From an uncultured delta proteobacterium (GTDB lineage Bacteria; Desulfobacterota; Binatia; Binatales; Binataceae), in contig CAVRVY010000003.1 of assembly GCA_963724765.1 (NCBI GenBank), positions 640,001 through 704,000 of the forward strand: DNA of 64,000 nt, given 5' to 3'. Below are positions 19,292 through 29,030 of this stretch, piece by piece. The stretch's first letter is position 1; every line of letters starts with the position of its first letter. Made by a program: the position numbers and the translations under genes. The notes beneath the pieces were generated by a model. That model made no database searches, was not told the DNA's origin, and was given only the letters and a program-made list of their open reading frames with translations.

Positions 19292-20341
19292 TCAGACCTT
19301 GAACCTCACGTGGATGATATCGCCGTCGCGAATCACGTATTCCCTGCCCTCGAGCCGGAGCTTGCCCGCTTCGCGCACCTTGGCGTCCGAGCGCAGCGCG
19401 GCGAAATCTTCATAGCTCACGATCTCGGCGCGGATGAAGCCGCGGGCGATGTCGCTGTGGATACGGGCCGCCGCTTCGAGCGCGGAGGCGCCACGCGCGA
19501 GCGGCCAGGCGTGCGCCTCGGGCTCGCCCGCGGTGTAGAAAGTGATAAGGCCAAGCGCGCCATAGAGCGCAGTGACGAGACGATCGCGGGCCGGCGCGCT
19601 GAGCCCCGACGCGCTCAGCAGTTCGCGTTGGCCCTCGGCGTCGAGCTCCCACAATTCGGCCTCGAACGCCGCGGCGAGCCCGAACAATTCCATTCCATGC
19701 GCCGCGGCGGCCTCGACCGAGCTTCGGGCGGGCGCGGCGCCCGCGCGCTCGACGTCACAGTTGACCACCACTAGCGCGGGCTTGCGCGAGAGCAGCCCGA
19801 AGCTCGCAAACACGGTGAGCTCCTGCGCGGTCATTTCGAGCGAGCGCAACGGCTTGCCCTCCTCCAGCCACTCGACGCAGCGCTTTAGCGTGGCGCGCTC
19901 GAACTCGGAGGCCGGGTTGCGCTCCTTGGTCAGGCGCTCCAGGCGCCGCTCGCCCTGGTCGAGGTCGGCAAACACCAACTCGGCCTCGATCGCGGCGAGC
20001 GCGGCGGGCAACGTGGCCTGATTGCCGGGAAATTCTGGTATCACGATCAGCAGCGCGTCGAGGTCGCGGATGAGCGGGAGCAGGCTCGGGTCGAGCGCGG
20101 CGCCCTCTTTCTGCTCCTTGGGGTTGGGCGCGAAATCGAGCACGGTGAGCTCGACCTCGACCCGCTTTTTGGAGCCGTAGGTGCGCTCGAGAAAATCCAG
20201 CCGCTCGTCGGCGACCTTGATCTGGCCGGGGCGCGCGCGGTTACGTCCCTCGCTCTGCCCGGCGAGCGGGGCCAGCCCGGTGAGCGCGTGGAAAACGGTC
20301 GATTTGCCCACGCCGCGTGCGCCAATAATTCCAGTCTTCAA
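19292..20341 (-). CDS. YchF-like P-loop NTPase (DUF933/TGS C-terminus)
   Basis: GARGVGKST; IHSDIARGFIRAE; LRLEGREYVIRDGD. Confidence 0.85.
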   Translation of the reverse strand: MKTGIIGARGVGKSTVFHALTGLAPLAGQSEGRNRARPGQIKVADERLDFLERTYGSKKRVEVELTVLDFAPNPKEQKEGAALDPSLLPLIRDLDALLIVIPEFPGNQATLPAALAAIEAELVFADLDQGERRLERLTKERNPASEFERATLKRCVEWLEEGKPLRSLEMTAQELTVFASFGLLSRKPALVVVNCDVERAGAAPARSSVEAAAAHGMELFGLAAAFEAELWELDAEGQRELLSASGLSAPARDRLVTALYGALGLITFYTAGEPEAHAWPLARGASALEAAARIHSDIARGFIRAEIVSYEDFAALRSDAKVREAGKLRLEGREYVIRDGDIIHVRFKV

Positions 20342-20525
20342 AAAAGAGCACTCCTGATCCTCCAAAGACTTACATATACGCACGCGCGGCGAAAGCGAGT
20401 TTTACCCGCCATCCGGGCGGACAATCCGCGGCAGGGAGCGGTCGCGCCCGTTGACAAAACTCCGAAATGATTTTGGAAGACTGCGAAAGAACAACGATTT
20501 CAGGGAAGTCGAGCGCCAGCACGGA

Positions 20526-20749
20526 GCAAGCCGGAAGAATTTCGCGAACCCACCACTACTTGAACGACCTGCGCGGTCGCGCGAATTCGGGCCGCCGCTT
20601 CGTCACGCGGTCTGGGCGCAAGCGGGGCACGTCCACCACCTGAGAATCGCGGCCGAGGCCGAGACAAAGTGCGACTCGACGAGTGAACCCTGGGAAGTCT
20701 TTAACCAGGGCGGGCGGTGGGTTAGTCTCGTAGCCGTCTTTCCGGCTGC
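20526..20749 (+). ncRNA. Candidate 6S-like rod-shaped RNA (strand uncertain)
   Basis: Nested pairings agccggaa/ttccggct, aacccacc/ggtgggtt, gtcgcgc/gtgcgac and ccgctt/aagcgg; central bubble with a ccctgg/ccaggg hairpin; TTGACA at 20451. Confidence 0.45.
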
Positions 20750-20754
20750 ATGGC

Positions 20755-20830
20755 GCCACCCTAGCTCAGTTGGTAGAGCAGCTGATTCGTAATCAGCAGG
20801 TCGTCGGTTCGAATCCGACGGGTGGCTCCA
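20755..20830 (+). tRNA. tRNA-Thr(CGT)
   Basis: 76-nt cloverleaf: GCCACCC/GGGTGGC acceptor stem, anticodon loop TTCGTAA, GGTTCGAATCC, encoded CCA. Confidence 0.97.
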
Positions 20831-21215
20831 AAAAATCCAGCAAACATAAGGCTTTGAAGATTCATTTTAGTGGCCATTCCGTCGATCTGTTGCGGATTGT
20901 CCGAAAAATGTCCGAGTTTGTCAAGTTCCATTCGAAGAGGTTGCGTCGCGCGCTTGCGTTTAACGCGTGCTCTATTGGATCGTTTGCATGGACGTGCGAT
21001 CGTTGCAGGTCGATAACGATATGGAGTTCCCGGGCGTCACCTGCGCGCTGGCTGTTGCGGCATTCGGGCGCCAGCATTCAGGCGCTAAATTTCTTGGCAA
21101 ACTGTCGCCCTTTTCATTCTATAACTCCGAGACTGTCATCAACGAATTACGTCATCCGATTAATGATCTTCCTACCGTGAGTAGAGCCTGTGTAACCCGC
21201 CCGAACTAATCGCGT

Positions 21216-21371
21216 TCAACGGAAATCCAGTGTGAGCGTTTCGTTGACTCTGACGGGCGCGAAATGGCCCTTGGCGCTCTCGTATTTGAGCCCGAATATG
21301 TGCGCGAAAAACTTTGCCGACGCCTCCTTGTCGTGCGCCGGTACGACCGTGTGGTTCAACGCAATGGTGAT
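21216..21371 (-). pseudogene. Truncated VOC-family gene
   Basis: ITIALNHTVVPAHDKEASAKFFAHIFGL...LDFR*. Confidence 0.7.
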
Positions 21372-21919
21372 GACTCACCTCCATCGACGAGTTGAAAGTC
21401 ATTCCTCTGCTTCAGCAGGTGATCGTCACTAAGCCGCAAGTTCCCGTCGTGGGTGTGGCTACGGAACATAAGATCGGTTGATCTTCGTCAGACACAAGCT
21501 ATCCGTCTCCGATTTGGCGGCGGCATGATCTCCGCCGATCGCGGGGCGCGGGATAGACCCGCGTCGGACCCACCTTCATCTCGACGTCGGGCGGCATCTT
21601 CCAGAGTACCTGCCTTCGAACAGCGCGATCAAACCGCAGGACATGAGTTGGAGCGGAGCCGGGAATGCCTGGCGATCTAGGTGGACGCATCACTGACCGA
21701 CGCGTCGGTAACCAGAGTCTGGACGGCGATGCTTGCGTTTCGCCGCGTCGCCAACACCGAACGTTGCGTTCGCCAACAACAGGAATCGGCACCGAATTCC
21801 TCGCGCACAGAGAGAAAATCGAAGTGACGCGGCATAGTTCGACATGTGGAGGTCAACCCAGCCGTCTCGCGCGGATAGAACGGGCGGGCGATCTTGGCGC
21901 GCGGATACGTTGACAACGC

Positions 21920-22462
21920 CTATCCACGCTCGACACTGGCTAATGATGGACCATTGTAGTGATAGTCTTGGCGACACGCCTGCATCAGCGCGCGCATATC
22001 TTGCCGGAGTTCCTCGAGCGTCGGCCGCCCAACAAACCACCAACCCTCATAGATCGCGTGGATCGTCAGGTCAGGAGCCAGGGAAAAGGTATAGGGAAGG
22101 GCGACCAGGCCGTATCTGAAATCCGGTGGGGTCACTTCCACGATATCGAGTTGCCGGATGGCCCGACGCTCGTGGTCACTGAGAAACGTATACGTCGCAG
22201 CCAGTCCGGCGCGGAAGGCCGCGCTCACTTCTGGCGGGTCGGTGCTGACGACGGCCAGCTTACAGTAGTTGACCTGCAAGTCCTCTTGTAATTCGACGAA
22301 GCGCCGCAACTGCAGCGCGCATTTCGGTCACCAATAGCCACGGTAGAAGCTCAGGATCAGCGGAAAGCCACTCGCCAGTTCAGACAGCGTGATCAGTTGC
22401 TGCCGATGATCGGGTACCGTCAAGTCCGGGAATCGTTTGCCCACAGCGAGATCGGAATGCAT
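21920..22462 (-). CDS. Putative selenoprotein AhpC/TSA-like redoxin (UxxC)
   Basis: RBS AAAGGAG; MHSDLAVGKRFPDLTVPD...FYRGYW-TGA-PKC continues in frame into ORF 21920..22309; TGA (22328-22330) sits at the first Cys of the CxxC. Confidence 0.85.
22297..22326 (-). promoter_or_regulatory. Bacterial SECIS-like hairpin
   Basis: CGAA-ATGC-GCGCTGC-AGTT-GCGGCGC-TTCG; the G-containing apical loop starts 16 nt after the UGA. Confidence 0.65.
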
Positions 22463-22514
22463 AGGCATCTCCTTTCATGTCATAGCAACCGTCAATGGCG
22501 GCTGAGCGGTTTTC

Positions 22515-23510
22515 CTAATGTGACCGAAACAACGCCACCAGAAAATAGCGCCGAGCGTCAAACCAGGTACGACGCAGAACGAGATTGGCCCGGTATCCTA
22601 AGTCACGGACTTCGTTCGGAGAATACTTATACGAACTTTCCGTATGAATCGTTTCATCTTTGCGAAACGATATGGCTTGCTCGATCTTGGCGATGGGCAC
22701 GTGCTGAGGCAGCCGGCTGCGGAGGTGCATCTCAATACGGCCCCTCTCAGCGTTGTAGAGGGCCACGTGCTCAAAGGTTTGCGGGTCAAACCGCCCGCCA
22801 AGTTCATAATTAATACGGTGGAGTACATTCTTGTTGAACGCAGCCGTGACGCCTTGGGCGTCGTCATAGGCCGGGACGAGGATCGCGGGCGATTTTTTCA
22901 GGTCGATACCCAGCAGAAAGACGTCCTCAGGTCCCAGAATGGCCGCCATACGCCGGAGGAACTCGACACTTTCTTCAGGCGTGAAGTTCCCCAGACTGGA
23001 CCCGAAAAAGGCCACGGCTTTCTTCTCCAGTTGAAACGCCTGAATGACCTCCGATTCTCCCGCGAAATCGGTATGCATGGCACGAATCTCAATATGGGTA
23101 AATTCCTGCAGGAGTCGGTTGGCCGTGTCCAAGAGGATTTCTCGAGAAATGTCTACCGGACAATAGCGAAACGGTTGCTCCGCCCGTTCATACGCCGTGA
23201 GGAGGTAACGGGTCTTTCTGGCATACCCGGAGCCGAACTCCACCAGCGCCAGGTGACCAATCTCGGCATGTATCTCGGCGGCATAGGTGCTGAGAATCTC
23301 CAATTCTGCCCGGTAGAGATAGTACTCGGGTAAGGCGCAAATCTGCTCGTAGAGTTGAGAGCCGCGCTCGTCATAAAAATACTTCGGCGGCAGCCATTTT
23401 TGTGGGGCGGTTAGGCCAAACGCCACGTCCCGCGCAAAGGCGTGCCGGTGCACCGCTACATCCATGTCATGAAACTGAAATCGCTTGTTGGGAATGGCCT
23501 CGGTCTCCAT
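22515..23510 (-). CDS. egtD: L-histidine N-alpha-methyltransferase
   Basis: LPPKYFYDERGSQL, LPEYY, VEFGSG, AYDDAQGVTAAFNKN and IHTESSYKY. Confidence 0.95.
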   Translation of the reverse strand: METEAIPNKRFQFHDMDVAVHRHAFARDVAFGLTAPQKWLPPKYFYDERGSQLYEQICALPEYYLYRAELEILSTYAAEIHAEIGHLALVEFGSGYARKTRYLLTAYERAEQPFRYCPVDISREILLDTANRLLQEFTHIEIRAMHTDFAGESEVIQAFQLEKKAVAFFGSSLGNFTPEESVEFLRRMAAILGPEDVFLLGIDLKKSPAILVPAYDDAQGVTAAFNKNVLHRINYELGGRFDPQTFEHVALYNAERGRIEMHLRSRLPQHVPIAKIEQAISFRKDETIHTESSYKYSPNEVRDLGYRANLVLRRTWFDARRYFLVALFRSH

Positions 23511-23601
23511 GGCTATCCCTTACCACGATCTCAAACCCATCGTCGTGGTTGACTCGCTTGGACAAATCGTAGGCGCGCTGGCCCACTTTGGGGCGTAGAG
23601 C

Positions 23602-24942
23602 TTACTCTCGGATCGTTCTGGCGAGCCGGATCCCCATGAACTGCCATCGGACATCGGCAGGGAAAAAGTTCCGATAAGTGGGCCGGATATGCGAAATCGA
23701 GGTCGCACACGACCCGCCGCGCAACACAAACTGGTTGGCCATAAATTTGCCGTTATACTCCCCCAACGCGCCTGGGGATGCGGTGTACCCGGGATAGGGG
23801 GAATAGTGACTTTGGGTCCACTCCCAAACGTCTCCAAAAATTTGGACCAGCGGGACAGCGCTGTCGATCTGACTGATGGGGACGGGATGGAAAGCTTGCT
23901 GCTCAACGAAATTACCCCTAATCAGCAGAGGCATCGCCGCAACTTCCCATTCGGCCTCGGTGGGCAAGCGCGCATCGGCCCAACGTGCGTAGGCGTCCGC
24001 TTCGTAATAACTGACATGACACACGGGTTCGGCTTCCCGCACGGATCGCATCCCGGCAAGGGTCATCATCCACCAGGTGCCATCGCGTTGTTCCCAATAC
24101 AGCGGAGCCTGCCACCCTTCGCGCCGGACCGTATCCCAACCCATGGACAGCCATAGCTCCGGCCGTTCATACCCCCCATCGGCCATGAAGGCCAAGTACT
24201 CCCCGTTGGTGACCAGCCGCGACGCCAACTCGAACCGCTCGACAAAGCTCCGATGTCGAGGGAACTCATTATCGAAGGCGAAACTCTGACCCTCGTGGCC
24301 AATCCAGTAGACGCCTTCGAGAAAGCTCACCCATCGGAGTGGGCCCACCGTCGGTACACTTGTGGGGATGTCGGCGGTTACATACGTAGGTCGCAGTGGG
24401 TTGCAGGCGAAGTTGTATTTCACGTCGGTCAAGAGAAGTTCTTGATGCTGTTGTTCATGGTGCAAGCCGAGCTCGACGACCGGAGACCAGCGCTCGAGCG
24501 TCTCGCCATGTAAACCTTCCAAAAAGGCGGTCATATGCTGGTCGACATGGGCTCGATAGCGATAGACCTCCTCAACGGCTGGACGTGAGAGTAGCCCCCG
24601 TTTGGGGCGGCAATGCCGCTCACCAGCCGCCACGTAATAGGAATTGAAGAGATACGCATAGGAGGGATGCGGCGATCTATAGCCCGGAGAAGCCAGGGCC
24701 AGAATAAAGGTTTCGAAAAACCAACTCGTGTGTGCCAGATGCCACTTAGGGGGGCTCACATCCGGCATGCCCTGAATGACGTAATCTTCCGTCATCAAAG
24801 GCTGGCAGAGTCGGTCGGTAAACTGTCGCACCTGATGGTAACGCCTGACAAGGGCCTCGTGGTGGGCAGTCTCAGCGAGACCATAGAGGACAGTTGCGCG
24901 ATGAATATTGTGATTGATGGGCACATTGCTCTCCTCTTCCAC
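23602..24942 (-). CDS. egtB: Ergothioneine sulfoxide synthase (DinB + FGE domains)
   Basis: SPPKWHLAHTSWFFE, FNSYY, HEQQHQE and GEYNGKFM..VLRGGS. Confidence 0.95.
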   Translation of the reverse strand: MEEESNVPINHNIHRATVLYGLAETAHHEALVRRYHQVRQFTDRLCQPLMTEDYVIQGMPDVSPPKWHLAHTSWFFETFILALASPGYRSPHPSYAYLFNSYYVAAGERHCRPKRGLLSRPAVEEVYRYRAHVDQHMTAFLEGLHGETLERWSPVVELGLHHEQQHQELLLTDVKYNFACNPLRPTYVTADIPTSVPTVGPLRWVSFLEGVYWIGHEGQSFAFDNEFPRHRSFVERFELASRLVTNGEYLAFMADGGYERPELWLSMGWDTVRREGWQAPLYWEQRDGTWWMMTLAGMRSVREAEPVCHVSYYEADAYARWADARLPTEAEWEVAAMPLLIRGNFVEQQAFHPVPISQIDSAVPLVQIFGDVWEWTQSHYSPYPGYTASPGALGEYNGKFMANQFVLRGGSCATSISHIRPTYRNFFPADVRWQFMGIRLARTIRE

Positions 24943-24976
24943 TTGTCTTCACCTCGACACCCAGATAGCCGCCTCC

Positions 24977-25633
24977 TCAGCCTCGCGATTCTCGCACGAG
25001 ATCCACCAACTCGCCAAAGCTTTCGATGACGTGGTCCGGTGCGCACTGCAACAGCGCTTCCCGCGTGCCAAAGCCGTAGGTGACGGCACAGGTCTTGGTG
25101 CCGGCTGCCTTCCCTGCCAGGACATCGGCAGGGGTATCGCCGACCATCAGCGCGTGTGGCGGCGCACAGTGCAACACGGCGAGGGCCGCAAGTATGGTGT
25201 CGGGGGCGGGCTTGAGGCGCAGACCAGGGCTACCACCTTGAATGTGCTGGAAGAAGGGAATCAGGGCCAGCCGCCGCAAGACGATCTCCGCTTGCCCTGA
25301 CTCTTTGGTGGTGACGACGCCGAGCGTAAAGGTGGACAAGGCCTGTAAGGTGAGGATAACCCCAGGGTAGGGTCGGGTCAGGCAGGCGTCCTGCCGGGTA
25401 TATGTGCGGCGGTATGCGGTCAGGAAGGCGCTGAGCAGCGGGGGTGACAACATACCCCCGAGCTCGCTGAGCATCTTGGCGAGTGGCTTGCCGATGTGCT
25501 GGGCAATCGCGGTGGCGCTGGGCGGAATCCCACCAACCACAGTCCGCCAGGCGTTCTGAAACGCCACAGCGATGTCGCGCCGGGAATCGACCAGCGTGCC
25601 ATCGAGGTCACACAAGATGGTGGTGATTGTCAT
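24977..25633 (-). CDS. HAD-family phosphatase
   Basis: DLDGTLVDS, KPAPD and MVGDT..D motifs. Confidence 0.9.
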   Translation of the reverse strand: MTITTILCDLDGTLVDSRRDIAVAFQNAWRTVVGGIPPSATAIAQHIGKPLAKMLSELGGMLSPPLLSAFLTAYRRTYTRQDACLTRPYPGVILTLQALSTFTLGVVTTKESGQAEIVLRRLALIPFFQHIQGGSPGLRLKPAPDTILAALAVLHCAPPHALMVGDTPADVLAGKAAGTKTCAVTYGFGTREALLQCAPDHVIESFGELVDLVRESRG

Positions 25634-25956
25634 GATCTTTCCTCGCGCCCAAGCCTCCTCTTTCATGCCCCTATCAAGCCATTACCTCAGGCCATCGCAT
25701 CTCCCGCTGCAGGCTGCGGTAACACCCAAGGCACGACATACGTAGGTAGCTACAAACTCAGCAGAGTCGAGCAATACCAACAATGGCTGCGCACGTCGGT
25801 GGAACATATCTATTCGTTACCATCGCGGCTGATTGGCGAACGGGTTACCGTACGCGATCGGGCGTATAATCCGCTCGCTGGTGCGCAGCCGGCAAGAATA
25901 ATTGTCGCTGATCGGCAAAAAACAATTCATCGCTGTACATTCTAAAATCGGTGCCC

Positions 25957-27273
25957 ATGCGCAACGCCATATTCTATCTCACGTACAATGGGCTCTATAA
26001 CTTCACCAATGGCATCGGCACGCAAACCCAGCTCCTGATCAGCGGCCTCGAAGTACTGCGGGAGATGCTGGTCAGACGGTATGGCCCCATCGACGTGCAT
26101 GTGGTCTGCCCCTCGCCCGATGTGCATACCTGGGGCTATGATCACGCCTTCTTTCTGCGGCAGCAAGAACGTCTGGCGCCACTCGGTGGGCAGGTGCACC
26201 TCATTCCGTACAAGCGGGAACCCACCCAAGATCTCTGGGAAATCCCTTCCTGGAGGGCCCTCTGTCAGAACGTCGCACCGCTGTTGCATACCCAAGCGGC
26301 GGCCTATGAGCGGTCGTTGATCATTTGTGTGGACCAGCCTTGGTTGCAGACGCCTTATGCGCTTGGAATGGCCCAAAGCCTTCCGCGTCAGGTCGATACG
26401 CTCTTGGTGCTCTATAGCACCGCGTTTATCCGGGACTGGGAGACGCCTGATGCGGCAGAGGTTGCCTGGGAACAAGAAGGGCTTGAGGCGTCACAGCCCG
26501 GTTCGCGGGTAGCGCTTGCCGACATTTGCCCGTCGTTTACCTCGCACCTCAAGACGCACTTCCGGCTGTCGGCGGGAAAGTTCGCGCCTTACACTTCGAG
26601 CATCCTCGTGGACGACCCCGACTTTGTCTTGCAGGACGAGACGGTCGTGCGCACAACGCTGCAGGCCTATGGCATCCCCCTCGATGCGGACCTGGTGTTG
26701 GCATTTGGCAGGGCTGCACCCATCAAAGGATTTGAGCGGCTCATTCCCGCCCTTGCGCCGCTGCGTGACCGGGTGCATTTCGTTCTCATCTCGGTACCCT
26801 ACATCAATGACGACTCGCAACAACGGGTGTATGACCAACTGCTGCAACAACACGCCATACGGGCAACCCACATCAAGGTGTTTACGCGTGATTTACCCCG
26901 TTCCCTATGCCAATGGGCTCGGACGAAAATAGTGATGGTCCCGTCCAGACACGAGACCTTCTCCAATATCCCGCTCGAAGTCGCGTTGTGGGCGCGCGAA
27001 AAGGGGCCCGTCATTGTGGCCTCGACAGCCGGTGGGTTCGCTGATCAAATCCAGCCAGGTATCACGGGATTTCTTGTCGATATCTTGTCTTGTCAGCACG
27101 TCACCCAGACGCTGCACCAAGTGCTCGATCTCTCCCCACAGGCCCAGGCCATCATTCGGCATCGGGCGCATCAACGGATTGTCCAGACATATGACTTCAT
27201 ACACAATTTTCCGGCGACCCTCCGTTGGTTTTGGCAGAGGGGGCCTCGGAGACCGGGCCAGCACGTGCGCTGA
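25957..27273 (+). CDS. GT4 (GT-B) glycosyltransferase
   Basis: FGRAAPIKG, PSRHETFSNIPLE and GGFADQI..G.TGFL. Confidence 0.85.
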   Translation: MRNAIFYLTYNGLYNFTNGIGTQTQLLISGLEVLREMLVRRYGPIDVHVVCPSPDVHTWGYDHAFFLRQQERLAPLGGQVHLIPYKREPTQDLWEIPSWRALCQNVAPLLHTQAAAYERSLIICVDQPWLQTPYALGMAQSLPRQVDTLLVLYSTAFIRDWETPDAAEVAWEQEGLEASQPGSRVALADICPSFTSHLKTHFRLSAGKFAPYTSSILVDDPDFVLQDETVVRTTLQAYGIPLDADLVLAFGRAAPIKGFERLIPALAPLRDRVHFVLISVPYINDDSQQRVYDQLLQQHAIRATHIKVFTRDLPRSLCQWARTKIVMVPSRHETFSNIPLEVALWAREKGPVIVASTAGGFADQIQPGITGFLVDILSCQHVTQTLHQVLDLSPQAQAIIRHRAHQRIVQTYDFIHNFPATLRWFWQRGPRRPGQHVR

Positions 27274-27353
27274 AGCTGACAGGGAGCACGAGTCAATACG
27301 GTGGAGGATGTTGCGAGGGTTTCGCCATAAGCGTGCCGACTGCCGTGAGCTTC

Positions 27354-28151
27354 TCAGGGGAACTGAGCCGGCCGGCCGTCAGGCTCCAGGATGGCGTTCA
27401 GGCGCTGGCAGGAGGCGATGACTTCATCGGCATAACCGGGAAACCAGGCATGCATCCACATGGGACGCTCGAAAAACGCTTGGGGCGGCTGCTCCGGGTG
27501 TCGAATGCCAACGCGCATCACCAACCCGCTGGCGTTGATGAAACTCACATCGTCCAGCAAGCGGCCGGGCGCCATAAATCCGATCGCAATGGAGCATAAC
27601 CCCGCGATACCCACCAGCGATGCCGCGACACCTCGCAGGCAAAAGGCCTGAGTGTGGGCCCGTACCTCTGCAGGCAGCGCCAGTAAAACCGTGCGCATCG
27701 TCAAGCCGGAAAAGACCGTATCATCAACCACCGCCAGGGAGGATACCGTTTCAAGAGGCGGTAGCTGTTGCGCTAAGGGGATCCCGGTAGTCGTGACGAC
27801 GTTATAGCTACCGTGGCCATCTTCTTCACGGGTGATGTCCACGCGTGAGATCTTGGGGAACCAGCCTGTGTGCGCGTGTAGTTGTTGCGCGACACGTTCA
27901 CCGGCTCGACCGATGCCGATCGCCAGCGCAAAGGGGGCATACTTGTCGTCCGCCAGTAATGGCGCCATTTGAGACTCAAGAGTGAGCAGTACAACCCGCC
28001 TTGGGTCCCGGCACACAAGCGCGAAGAAGTCCCGCGTGAGATGCCAGGCCGGCGTTTCCTGCCCGTGGTGCCGAGAGACATAATCGCTGAGATCGTCGTG
28101 AATATATAATACCTTCGGGGTCGGCGCGGCGTAGGGCTCTGCACCCTTCAT
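27354..28151 (-). CDS. Type I phosphoribosyltransferase-fold protein
   Basis: PRPP-binding-like LAVVDDTVFSGLTM; GIGRAG loop. Confidence 0.65.
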   Translation of the reverse strand: MKGAEPYAAPTPKVLYIHDDLSDYVSRHHGQETPAWHLTRDFFALVCRDPRRVVLLTLESQMAPLLADDKYAPFALAIGIGRAGERVAQQLHAHTGWFPKISRVDITREEDGHGSYNVVTTTGIPLAQQLPPLETVSSLAVVDDTVFSGLTMRTVLLALPAEVRAHTQAFCLRGVAASLVGIAGLCSIAIGFMAPGRLLDDVSFINASGLVMRVGIRHPEQPPQAFFERPMWMHAWFPGYADEVIASCQRLNAILEPDGRPAQFP

Positions 28152-28403
28152 GGTCCTCATCTTCCTTCGCGACGGCAGATGGCGCCGCCCCATGGCTACT
28201 CGGAATACACCCGAGAGGTGTTACTATAGTGCATGCCATCGCATGGCGGAGTGGTTCGCCTGTGCCCGAAGATGGATCAATCTCCAGCGGCATCGCAATC
28301 CGCAGTTGCAGCACCCCACTAGAGTGTATCGTTTAAAAAGTACAGGGCCTATCATGCCAAGCAGCGACACGCCCCTTTCCCGAACTGTAAAGGGGTACAA
28401 TTC

Positions 28404-28480
28404 ATGAAAAAGATCACCGTAATAATACCAAGCTATAACAATCGCCAATGGTATGAGCGTAACCTCTCTTCTGTCGCTCA
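28404..28480 (+). pseudogene. N-terminal stub of a GT2 glycosyltransferase
   Basis: MKKITVIIPSYNNRQWYERNLSSV, after which similarity ends. Confidence 0.6.
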
Positions 28481-28620
28481 CTCTCGACGGTGTTCGCGCC
28501 GGACGTCATGGTCGATCGGCCGCGTGGGTGCTTAGTTCGATCATCTCTGGCCGAATTGCAAATGGAGAAGGACTCGTTGGGGGATGCGGCAGTCCGATGC
28601 GAACCGCTCTCTCCGGGTTC

Positions 28621-28683
28621 GTCAACCGGTTGACACTATGGGGCGGTTGACACGCGGTGGTTGACAGCTACACGAAGTTGACA
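28621..28683. repeat. Four GTTGACA direct repeats plus a GTCAAC inverted copy
   Basis: Copies at 28629, 28646, 28660 and 28677; palindrome gtcaaccggttgac. Confidence 0.8.
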
Positions 28684-29030
28684 ATGCAGGGAACGTACAT
28701 CATATCAAACGTTGTTTTATACAAGACTGCGGGCCCAAGGACAAGCGTCCACTCGGAGGTTCTGCCGGGATCACGATTGGGTCGAGGTTGGGAAAGCGTA
28801 CGGCTCGCGGCCTCGAGCGGTTGTAACCCATCGCGAAGCTGTCGTGTGGCAACATCCTGTCGCCTCATATGCGACCGACGATCAATCGATACTGAAGGAG
28901 CCTTTCTCTATTGCGCGGCAATCGGGACTGGTTGCGTTTATAGTTCTCGCGTGGCCACCTCGACTTCTAATCCATAGCCTTAAAGTTGCAAGAGTGATAA
29001 ACCGCGAATGGTTCCGCAGAGAGGTGCGCC

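Noticed and set aside
23602-27273. Canonical selenoneine (senABC) cluster
   Set aside because: No selD homologue here, the sulfoxide synthase has ordinary EgtB motifs, and nothing identifies the GT as SenB.
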